A stretch of DNA of 64,000 nt from Pseudomonadota bacterium. Lineage in GTDB: Bacteria > Myxococcota_A > UBA9042 > GCA-2863065. Below, in pieces: positions 19,327-27,663 of this stretch. The position numbers were made by a program, and so were the translations under genes. A model generated the notes under the pieces. That model had not been told where the DNA came from. It made no database searches and saw nothing but the letters and a program-made list of their open reading frames with translations. The number at the start of each line of letters is the position of its first letter. The stretch's first letter is position 1. Location of the stretch: positions 22,418 through 86,417 of the forward strand of contig SXOX01000044.1 of assembly GCA_005776585.1 (NCBI GenBank), written 5' to 3'.

Positions 19327-21765
19327 GTGAGCGACCCCACGAGCCCAGCACCGTCGCGCCCGGAGTCCTTGCGCGTGCTCGGCCTGGCGGGGCTCCCGTT
19401 CGTCGTGATGTTCGCGTTCGTGTTGCACGCGTACAGCCGGGACGTCGCCGGAGCGCCGACGGTGCCTCCGTCGGGCCCGGACGCGCCGCTCCGGTCGGGG
19501 GCGGTCGATGCACGCGTCGTGATCGTCATCGTGGACAGCCTGGCGCGACGCGACGCGCTGGACGCGCCGATGATGCCCTCGCTCGCATCGCTGAGAGCCA
19601 CCGGGCTCCACGGGCCCCTGCATTCGTGCGCCGCCAACTTTACACTGCCCTGTCTGCTCACCGCGTTCGAGGGGCGAGCCTCGCCGTTCCTTGCGGCGCT
19701 CTCCAACTTCCAGGCCACGGCGCGCACGCAGCCGAGCCTCCTGCGCGCGCTCCGAGCGCGCGGCGATCGCGTCGCGCTCATCTCCGATCACACGCTGCCC
19801 GAGCTCTACCCGGGAACCTTCGTCGATGGCGGGAGCACCGAAGAGAGCGGCATCCCCATCGATGAGCGCGATCGGTGGACCTTCGACCAGGCGCGGGGCT
19901 GGCTCGCAGCGCGGTCGCACGAGGTGCTCGTCCTGCACGTCGTTGGCACCGACAAGGTCTCGCACGTCGCGACCTTCCAGGACGGTGAGTATCAGACCGT
20001 CTTCCGCGAGGCGGACGCGTTCGTCGGCGAGCTGATGCGGACGCTCGACCTCTCCCGTGACACGCTCGTCGTGTTCGGCGATCACGGTCACGGCAAGAAC
20101 GGCGATCACGACCGGGACGCCTACTATCTCGCCGCCGGGCCGGGACTGGCGCGCGGCGAGGTCGCTCTGGATCAGACGAGCCTACTGTTCCTGCTCGCCC
20201 GGGTGACCGGGACCGCTCTCCCTGAGCACTACGAGGGGACGCTGGCCTGGGAGCTCCTCGCCGCCGAGGACCGCGCTGAAGCCGGGTGGCGCGAGACGGT
20301 CGCGCGCGCCTGGGACCTCCCGGAGTCGAGTCGCACCGCGCTCGAGGCCGCGCTCGGCGAGAAGCACGCGCGCCTGAGCGATCGACCGCTCCAGTCGCTC
20401 ATCGGCCTGCTGCCGTGGCTGCTCGCGATGCTGTGGCTGCTCGCGCTGTTGTGGCAGGTGACGCTTGCGCGCATCCCCCCACCCGCGTGGCTCGGAGTCT
20501 CGGTTCTGGCCGGACTGGCGGCGTGCCTTCTGGCGGTGGCGTGGGCGCCGTGGCTGTCGTGGCTCGCGCTCGGCGCCCTCGTCTGGCGCCTCGGGCCATC
20601 CCTCGCCCGACCGCTGGCCGTGGGGGCACTCCTGGCGCTCGCGGTCGCGACGACCGGCGTGCTCATCCCGGTCATCGTCCGCATCTTCCACGTCACCGAC
20701 GACTCGCTGGGACCCCTCGTGCTTTGGTTCGGCGTCACGCTCGGCACGCCGGCGCTCGCGGGCGCGCTGATTCCTCCGACGGCCGAGCGCGGTCGGACGG
20801 CGGCGGCCGCCCTCGCTGCGCTCACGGTCGCAGCGCTCCTGCCAGCCCCGGGCGTCTATTACTACGCCGTACTGCAATCGGTGTCCCACGTCCTGCCCGT
20901 CGGTCTGCTCCTCGTGGCCCTGACCCAGCCGTCGCTTCGGCGGTCACCCGCGCGTTGGTGGCTGACCGCCGGTGTCGCCACCGCGCTGCCCTTGCTGGCG
21001 GTACAAGCGGGCGGCTGGGACTTCCACTATCGCGTCGTGCTCTGGCTGAACTCGCGTGGCGAGGCTGTCTCCAGCGTGACCGCCGGCCTCATGGCCGTCC
21101 TGGTGGCCGCTGTCGCGCGACGCCAAGGCACGACGGCTATGCTCCTCGCGGGGATCGCGACGGCCGCCGCCGCCGCGCTGCTCCAGGGCCCGTTCGAGTT
21201 CGACGCCTGTCGCGTCGGCGCCCTGCTCTGTGCGGTCGTGCCGGCGGCCTGCGCGCTGCCGCTGCTTCTGGGAGAGGGCCAAGCACCTCCGACGCGCACG
21301 CAGAGGCTCTGGGCCGCGATCGCGCTCGCCGGGTTGTGCGCCGTTGGGACATGGGTCGCGACCGAAGGCCCGTACCTCCGCAATATGCGGGTCGACTTTG
21401 CGCTGCGCTGGCTGGGCAAGACGTTCTCGAACGAGCACACGCTCGCGATCGCCGCAGGCACCGTCATCATCGCCAAGTACGCGACGCTCGTGCTTCTCTT
21501 TGTCATCGCGGCCACCGCCGCGCTTGGGGCACGTCGCGCGGCGACGACGGTTGCTCCGTTGGCGTTGGCGCTGCTCGGCGTCAAGCTGCTGGCCTTGGCC
21601 CTACAGATGAGCGCCGTTGCCTTCGTCGAGGAGGAGAAATCGTCGGATCTGCTGTTGCAGGAGGCGATGGGGATCTGGTTTACGGGAGTCGTACTCTGGC
21701 TGGGTTTTGCGGCCTCCGCGGCGGGCGGGCGAGTCCTGCCGCACTCCCCCGAACAACTTACATAA
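19327..21765 (+). CDS. Alkaline-phosphatase-superfamily membrane transferase resembling GPI ethanolamine-phosphate transferases PIG-G/PIG-O
   Basis: One N-terminal TM, soluble domain with VIVDSL, FTLP, LHVVGTDKVSH and VFGDHGH..GDH, then many TM helices. Confidence 0.75.
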   Translation: MSDPTSPAPSRPESLRVLGLAGLPFVVMFAFVLHAYSRDVAGAPTVPPSGPDAPLRSGAVDARVVIVIVDSLARRDALDAPMMPSLASLRATGLHGPLHSCAANFTLPCLLTAFEGRASPFLAALSNFQATARTQPSLLRALRARGDRVALISDHTLPELYPGTFVDGGSTEESGIPIDERDRWTFDQARGWLAARSHEVLVLHVVGTDKVSHVATFQDGEYQTVFREADAFVGELMRTLDLSRDTLVVFGDHGHGKNGDHDRDAYYLAAGPGLARGEVALDQTSLLFLLARVTGTALPEHYEGTLAWELLAAEDRAEAGWRETVARAWDLPESSRTALEAALGEKHARLSDRPLQSLIGLLPWLLAMLWLLALLWQVTLARIPPPAWLGVSVLAGLAACLLAVAWAPWLSWLALGALVWRLGPSLARPLAVGALLALAVATTGVLIPVIVRIFHVTDDSLGPLVLWFGVTLGTPALAGALIPPTAERGRTAAAALAALTVAALLPAPGVYYYAVLQSVSHVLPVGLLLVALTQPSLRRSPARWWLTAGVATALPLLAVQAGGWDFHYRVVLWLNSRGEAVSSVTAGLMAVLVAAVARRQGTTAMLLAGIATAAAAALLQGPFEFDACRVGALLCAVVPAACALPLLLGEGQAPPTRTQRLWAAIALAGLCAVGTWVATEGPYLRNMRVDFALRWLGKTFSNEHTLAIAAGTVIIAKYATLVLLFVIAATAALGARRAATTVAPLALALLGVKLLALALQMSAVAFVEEEKSSDLLLQEAMGIWFTGVVLWLGFAASAAGGRVLPHSPEQLT

Positions 21766-21914
21766 CACAAAAAATACGAGGAGACTTGAAGTTCGACGAG
21801 CGCGGACCGATAGAAGAAGGAACCATGACTTCGCGGTGAAAGGGACCGCGGCGGTCGAAGGTCGAAGGGCAGTCACCGGGGTGACCCTAACGAGACATCG
21901 CGAGGTACCGACTC

Positions 21915-23036
21915 ATGTACCGCCTCCTCAAGCGCGTCATCTACCGTGGCGCTCGAGCGCTTGGCCTCTTTCGGCTCGCCTGGCTGTTGACCGGTCGTGG
22001 TCTGCGGATCCTGGGATACCACGCGCTCTCACGCGACGATGAGCACCACTACGCGCCCGACGTGTTTATGGCGCAGGCCACGTTTCGCCGCCGTCTCGCG
22101 CTGCTGAAGCGTTGGAGGGTCACCGTGCTCGGCCTTGGGGATGCGCTCGCGCGCCTCGACGCTGGCACGCTCCCGCGAGGCGCGACGGTCGTCACCTTCG
22201 ACGACGGTTGGGCCACGACGGCCGAGGCGGTCCGGCTACTGCGGAGCGACGCGATGCCTGCGACCGTCTACGTCACGACGCAGGAGGCGCTGTCGGCCGA
22301 GCCTGTGTTTCGCCATGTGGTCCGCTATCTGCTCCAGCGCACGAAGACCGAGACGCTGACGCTGGAGGGCCTCCTCGACGATGGGCGCACCACAGCGTCG
22401 ATTCGCACGACTGAAGAGCAGCAGGTGCTGGCCGAGCAGCTGATCGCACGCTGGGAGCCCGAGCGAGACCCAGCGGGCCTCGAGGCAATCGCTCGCACGT
22501 TGGCGGCGCGACTCGGGGACAGCTACGACCGCATCGTCACGTCAGGGCTGTTGACCATGCTTGGCGCCGAGGGCGTCCGCACGCTCGCCCACGAAGGCAC
22601 CGACATCCAGCTGCATACGCACCGGCACCACTTTCCGGTCGGCGCGCTCGAAGCCCTGAGCGAGCTGCGCGAGAACCGGGAGCACCTCGAGCCACTCACG
22701 TCTGCAACGACGGAGCACTTCTGCTATCCGTGCGGCCGTTGGAGCCCCGAGCACTGGCGTCCTCTCCACGAGGCCGGAGTCAAGACGGCCGTCACGTCCG
22801 ATCCGGGCTTCAACTACCGCGCGACGCCGAGGCTTGCCCTCAAGCGGTTCTTGGACTCCGAGTGCATCTCGGACATCGAGTTCGAGGCCGAGATCAGCGG
22901 CTTTCAGGAGCTCTTGCGCCGAGCGCGTGGCGCGGTCTCCCGCGCCGTACGCCGTTCGAGCGCGACGGCCGCCGCCGTTGGCGGCCACCCGGCGGTCGAG
23001 CCCCTCCTCTTGGTGGCAGCCACTCTGGAAGCCTGA
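21915..23036 (+). CDS. Polysaccharide deacetylase (CE4/NodB family)
   Basis: ILGYH, TFDDG, LHTHRH and FCYPCG motifs. Confidence 0.9.
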   Translation: MYRLLKRVIYRGARALGLFRLAWLLTGRGLRILGYHALSRDDEHHYAPDVFMAQATFRRRLALLKRWRVTVLGLGDALARLDAGTLPRGATVVTFDDGWATTAEAVRLLRSDAMPATVYVTTQEALSAEPVFRHVVRYLLQRTKTETLTLEGLLDDGRTTASIRTTEEQQVLAEQLIARWEPERDPAGLEAIARTLAARLGDSYDRIVTSGLLTMLGAEGVRTLAHEGTDIQLHTHRHHFPVGALEALSELRENREHLEPLTSATTEHFCYPCGRWSPEHWRPLHEAGVKTAVTSDPGFNYRATPRLALKRFLDSECISDIEFEAEISGFQELLRRARGAVSRAVRRSSATAAAVGGHPAVEPLLLVAATLEA

Positions 23037-23208
23037 GCATCGGCCACGGCCAGGACGAATCGCCCCTTGTGGTGCCGTCGTAGTTCTGATAGGCGGGGCA
23101 CCCGAAGCGCCTCTGGGGCTGGTGGAGTCGTGCAGGTGCACTGGCTCCCGGCCCCAACCAAGGCGCCACGCGACGTGCGCGAGCACAGGGGCAGAGGAGC
23201 AGAGTCAC

Positions 23209-24507
23209 ATGAAGAGCTGGGTAAAGACATTGTCGGTGGCTGTGGCCGCCGTGGCCGTGAGCCTGACGGGCTGCAAGAAGGCCGAGCCCAAGAAGGAAGA
23301 GCCCAAGAAGGTCGAGCCGGCCAAGGCCGCCGAGCCCAAGAAGGAGGAGCCCAAGAAGGAGGAGCCCAAGGCTGGCGAGCCCAAGAAGGAGGAGCCCAAG
23401 GCCGAGCCCAAGAAGGAGGAGCCCAAGGCCGCCGAGCCCAAGAAGGAGGAGCCCAAGGCGCCTGCGGCAGCCGGCAACCTCGAGGTGATCAAGAAGTACT
23501 TCGCCGCGCTCGACGCAGGGAACCCGGATTGGACGCTGTATGCGGCCGACGCCGAGGTCACGTTCGTCGGTTCGCCCATGCCGCCGGCCAAGGGCATCGA
23601 GGCCGTCAAGGCATCGATGGGACCGCTGGGTAAGGCGTTCAGCGGCATGAAGCACGGCTTGGCCCGAATCTACGACGGGGGAGACACCGTCGTCGTGCAG
23701 GGCGTCATGAACGGCAAGAACACAGGCGAGTTCATGGGCAAGCCTGCGACCAACAAGGACTGCGGCATGGAGTTCGCTACGGTCTACACGTTTGCCGGTG
23801 GCAAGATCGCCAAGTCACAGATCTACGGTGACATGGCCACGCTCATGGCGCAGATGGGAATGATCCCCAACCGTCCCGCGCCGGCAGTCCCGGCACTCCC
23901 TGCCACGACCGAGGTCGTCAAGGTGGCCCCGAACGAGGCGCGGCTCAAGGAGTACAACGAGGGCGGCGAGGCCATGGGCAAGAACGACATGGCGTGGTTC
24001 GACGCGCGCATGGACGCCAACGTCGAGATGGTCGATCACGCGATGGGCATGCGGCTCAAGGGCATGGAGGCCTGGAAGAAGGGCGTCAGCGAGTGGAAGG
24101 CCGGCTTCCCCGAGTCCAAGATGGCCTCGACCTCGGTCTGGACGGCGGGCGACTACGTCGTCGCCACGGGCGTCTGGAGCGGCAAGAACACGGGCGACAT
24201 GGGCGAGATCAAGGCCACCAACAAGGAGGCCAAGATCGACTACCTGCACGTGCTGAAGTACGCCAACGGCAAGGTCGTGTGGGACGAGATGTACTCGAGC
24301 TCGATGCAGTTCGCGATGCAGCTCGGCCTGATGGATGCACCGAAGGCTCCCGAGGGTGGCGCCGCTCCTGCGGGCGACAAGCCGGCGGGCGACAAGGCCG
24401 CCGCTCCCGAGGGCGACAAGCCCGCGGCTCCGGCGGGTGACAAGGCCGCTGCCCCCGCAGGCGACAAGCCGGCGGGCGACAAGCCGGCCGCGCCCGCCTC
24501 CAAGTAG
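23209..24507 (+). CDS. Lipoprotein with two SnoaL/ester-cyclase (NTF2-like) domains and low-complexity EPKKEEPK and DKPAA repeats
   Basis: GAGGAG RBS, ATG 23209, lipobox LTGC; two GKNTG.F/MG..ATNK domains. Confidence 0.85.
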   Translation: MKSWVKTLSVAVAAVAVSLTGCKKAEPKKEEPKKVEPAKAAEPKKEEPKKEEPKAGEPKKEEPKAEPKKEEPKAAEPKKEEPKAPAAAGNLEVIKKYFAALDAGNPDWTLYAADAEVTFVGSPMPPAKGIEAVKASMGPLGKAFSGMKHGLARIYDGGDTVVVQGVMNGKNTGEFMGKPATNKDCGMEFATVYTFAGGKIAKSQIYGDMATLMAQMGMIPNRPAPAVPALPATTEVVKVAPNEARLKEYNEGGEAMGKNDMAWFDARMDANVEMVDHAMGMRLKGMEAWKKGVSEWKAGFPESKMASTSVWTAGDYVVATGVWSGKNTGDMGEIKATNKEAKIDYLHVLKYANGKVVWDEMYSSSMQFAMQLGLMDAPKAPEGGAAPAGDKPAGDKAAAPEGDKPAAPAGDKAAAPAGDKPAGDKPAAPASK

Positions 24508-24542
24508 CTCGCGATGTTGGCCAGCGGCTCGCTCGACGGGCC

Positions 24543-24584
24543 GCAGCCAATCCCACGCAGCCAATCCCACGCAGCCAATCCCAC
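24543..24584. repeat. 14-bp tandem repeat x3 (GCAGCCAATCCCAC)
   Basis: Three exact adjacent copies in the intergenic region upstream of the GH25 gene. Confidence 0.95.
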
Positions 24585-24655
24585 CCCGTCAATCCGTCAC
24601 TCCACGACGAATTCGCTAGGCCCGCCCCTGGGGGGACCGAGTACACTACGCGACC

Positions 24656-27607
24656 ATGTCGCCGTCCGTACTTCGCTGCGTCTTTCTCGTGAGCGCCCTG
24701 GCTATCGCTTCCCACGCGGGGGCGGTCACTTACTGCATCGCCAAAGACAACGTCTTTGGTATCGACGTGTCCAAGTGGCAAGGCAAGATCGACTGGAAGA
24801 AGGCCAAGGCCGACGGCGTGGTGTTTGCCTACGCGCGCGCCACCAATGGCACGGGCATCATGGACGAGTGGTTCGATGAGAACTGGGCCGGCATGAAGGC
24901 CAACGGCATCATCCGCGGTGCCTATCAGTTTTTTCGGCCGGGGCAGGACGCCAAGGCGCAGGCCAACCTCATGCTGCAGAAGATCGGCACGCTCGGCGCC
25001 GGTGACCTCCCGCCGATGATCGACGTCGAAGAGGATGACGGCCAGGCGCCTTCGGTGGTGGCCAAGAAGGTCGGCGAGTGGCTCGCCATCGTCGAGGCCG
25101 CCACGGGCAAGAAGCCGTTTATTTACACGGGTACCTGGTTCTGGGATCCGCAGGTCGGGAGCGCTGCGTACAAGGACTACCCGCTCTGGGAGTCGTGGTA
25201 CTGCACCGGCTGCTGCCCGAAGCTCCCGTCGCCGTGGACCTCCATGCTGCTCTGGCAGTACTCGTCGACCGGGAGCGTCAACGGCATCTCGGGCAATGTG
25301 GACACGAACCTGTTCGATGGCCCGTTGTCGGAGCTGTTGACCTACACCTTCGGCGACACGCCGCCGCCGGTGAACGGCCCGGTCATGGAGATCAGCGCCA
25401 AGACGTCAGCGCCCGACGTCCGCAAGGAAGGTCCGTCGGCGGGCATCGGGGACACGTTCGAGGGCGACACGATCTCGGTCGACATCATCGTGAAGAACGC
25501 CGGAAACAAGAACACGCCCGACTACGTCAAGATTGGCTATTGGGTCGAGGCGCCCTACCTCGGCATCAAGACGTACACCATCTACTCGGACTGGCCGGCC
25601 AAAGACGGCAAGACCTGGAAGGTGAACGACTCGGACACGGCCCCAGACAACCCGCCGAAGACCGCTGTCCCGAGCACGGGTCCCATGAACCTGTACGCGA
25701 TGGCCGCAGGAGAGTCGAAGCGGATCCACTTCGTCATCGACGCCAAGAAGTACAGCCTGGGAGCCGCCGATCACCCCGATGTGCGTGCGTGGATCTGGCA
25801 TGTCGGAGGCTACTATGGCGAGCAGACGAGCTGGGACGATCCGGTCGAGACGAACAAGGCCGGCAAGCTGCTGCGCACCTACGTCCAGCACGACGTCTTC
25901 GGCAAGACGCACTGGGAGTGGAATGGCGCGGGGCCGGAGACCGAGGGGTGGACGATCGGCAACGCGCTCAAGACGCTGTCGGTCAACACGGTCGACCACT
26001 GCATCGCGGGGGACATGAACGGCGCGGACCCGTTCCTGGTCTCGCCGGCCACGATTATCGACGCGAGCAAGCTCAAGGGCATCGAGGCGCGCGTGCGCTA
26101 CTACGTCGCGACGGGTGCGGCGCGGCTGTATTGGACGACCACGGCCGAACCGCAATTCGACGAGGCCAAGGCCATCGACTTCGAGTCCACCGGGGACAAG
26201 GCGTTTCACGCCGTGGAGATCGATCTGTCGAAGCACCCGAAATGGGCGGGCACCGTCACCAAGCTGCGCCTCGACCCGCTCACGACCGGGACCGGGTGGT
26301 ACGACATCGACTATGTGCGCGCGGTCGCGGGCGCTGGGCCGACGACCGGCGACAGCGACAAGGACGGCCACGTCAACTCCAAAGACTGTGACGACACGAA
26401 CGCGGCGATTCACCCCGGGGCGACCGAGGTGTGCAATCAGAAGGACGACGACTGCGACGGCAAGGTCGACGAGGGCGTCGCGGGCTGCCAGGGCGGGTGC
26501 ATCAAGACGGGGCCCGAGGTATGCGGCAACGGCAAGGACGACGACTGCAACGGCACCGCCGACGACGGCTGCAACGGCTGCGTGCCCACGGGCGCCGAGG
26601 TGTGCGGCAACGGCAAGGACGACGACTGCAACGGCGCGACCGACGAAGGCTGTACGGGCTGCTCGGGCGGCGCGCAGCCGGAGACCTGCAATGGCCAGGA
26701 CGATGACTGCGACGGCAAGGTCGACGAGGACTTCCAGGTGGGCGCGGCCTGCGGTGCGGGCGTCGGCGCCTGCTACGTCCCGGGCCAGATCGGCTGCGGA
26801 AGCGACGGCAAGCCCTACTGCTCCGCCAAGCCCGGCACTCCGGGGACCGAGGTCTGCAACGGCCTAGACGACGACTGTGACGGGCAGGCTGACGAGGGCT
26901 TCGACGTCGGGAAGGCGTGCAGCCTCTCGGTCCTGTCCTGCACCTCGAAAGGCGTCACGGTGTGTCAGCTCGACGGCACGGTCGACTGCGGCGCGCCCAA
27001 GCCGGTCGCGGGACCGGAGGTCTGCAACGGCCTCGATGACGACTGCGACGGGCAAACCGACGAGGGCTTCGGCATCGGTGAGGCCTGCACGACGGGCGAG
27101 GGCGCCTGCGCCGCCAGCGGAACGCGCGCGTGCGACGGGGAGGACGGCACGCGGTGCCACGTTGCGGTGCCTGCTGGCGCAGTCGAGGTCTGCAATGGCG
27201 TCGACGACGATTGCGATGGTGAGGTCGACGAGGGCTTCGAGGTCGGCGAGCCGTGCGAGGCCCAGGAGGGCTCGTGTCGCATCAAGGGCAACCTCACGTG
27301 TGCCAAGACGGGCGCTGCGGGGCTGCGATGTCGACCCCGAACACGCGTGGATCCGAGCTGCAACCCCATCCCGGGCACCGGACCGAGCTCGGTGAACCCC
27401 GAGGCCAAGACGAGCGGTGACGTGGTGTCGTTTGGCGGAGGGTGGAGCGACACGAGCACGGGCGCCCAGACCAGCGGTCAATCGAGCGACGGCTGCGCCC
27501 AGGGCGCGCACTCTCGACCGAGCGCGCTCCTCCTCGCCGCGCTGGCGCTGCTCGTGACCGCGGGCCTCGGTCGTCGTCGGAGTGCGCGCGCGCCACGATC
27601 GACGTAG
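24656..27607 (+). CDS. GH25 lysozyme/muramidase with MopE-type Cys/Asp repeats and a C-terminal MYXO-CTERM-like tag
   Basis: GIDVSKWQG, PPMIDVEE (DxE) and WQYS...VD; repeated E.CNG.DDDCDG..DE; tail GC...P.ALLLAALALLV..LGRRR. Confidence 0.88.
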   Translation: MSPSVLRCVFLVSALAIASHAGAVTYCIAKDNVFGIDVSKWQGKIDWKKAKADGVVFAYARATNGTGIMDEWFDENWAGMKANGIIRGAYQFFRPGQDAKAQANLMLQKIGTLGAGDLPPMIDVEEDDGQAPSVVAKKVGEWLAIVEAATGKKPFIYTGTWFWDPQVGSAAYKDYPLWESWYCTGCCPKLPSPWTSMLLWQYSSTGSVNGISGNVDTNLFDGPLSELLTYTFGDTPPPVNGPVMEISAKTSAPDVRKEGPSAGIGDTFEGDTISVDIIVKNAGNKNTPDYVKIGYWVEAPYLGIKTYTIYSDWPAKDGKTWKVNDSDTAPDNPPKTAVPSTGPMNLYAMAAGESKRIHFVIDAKKYSLGAADHPDVRAWIWHVGGYYGEQTSWDDPVETNKAGKLLRTYVQHDVFGKTHWEWNGAGPETEGWTIGNALKTLSVNTVDHCIAGDMNGADPFLVSPATIIDASKLKGIEARVRYYVATGAARLYWTTTAEPQFDEAKAIDFESTGDKAFHAVEIDLSKHPKWAGTVTKLRLDPLTTGTGWYDIDYVRAVAGAGPTTGDSDKDGHVNSKDCDDTNAAIHPGATEVCNQKDDDCDGKVDEGVAGCQGGCIKTGPEVCGNGKDDDCNGTADDGCNGCVPTGAEVCGNGKDDDCNGATDEGCTGCSGGAQPETCNGQDDDCDGKVDEDFQVGAACGAGVGACYVPGQIGCGSDGKPYCSAKPGTPGTEVCNGLDDDCDGQADEGFDVGKACSLSVLSCTSKGVTVCQLDGTVDCGAPKPVAGPEVCNGLDDDCDGQTDEGFGIGEACTTGEGACAASGTRACDGEDGTRCHVAVPAGAVEVCNGVDDDCDGEVDEGFEVGEPCEAQEGSCRIKGNLTCAKTGAAGLRCRPRTRVDPSCNPIPGTGPSSVNPEAKTSGDVVSFGGGWSDTSTGAQTSGQSSDGCAQGAHSRPSALLLAALALLVTAGLGRRRSARAPRST

Positions 27608-27663
27608 CCACGGCGGCCGTCCTGGCTATACTCTGCCGCCGCGAGCGCGGTGGGAGACCGAAC

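Noticed and set aside
23041..23058. Short resemblance (CGGCCACG...AGGAC) to the malG 5' region near 19211
   Set aside because: Only about 13 of 16 bp in GC-rich DNA and it does not extend; compatible with chance.
23275..23460. AAGAAGGAGGAGCCC tandem repeats
   Set aside because: Coding low-complexity EPKKEEPK linker of a lipoprotein, not an independent element.
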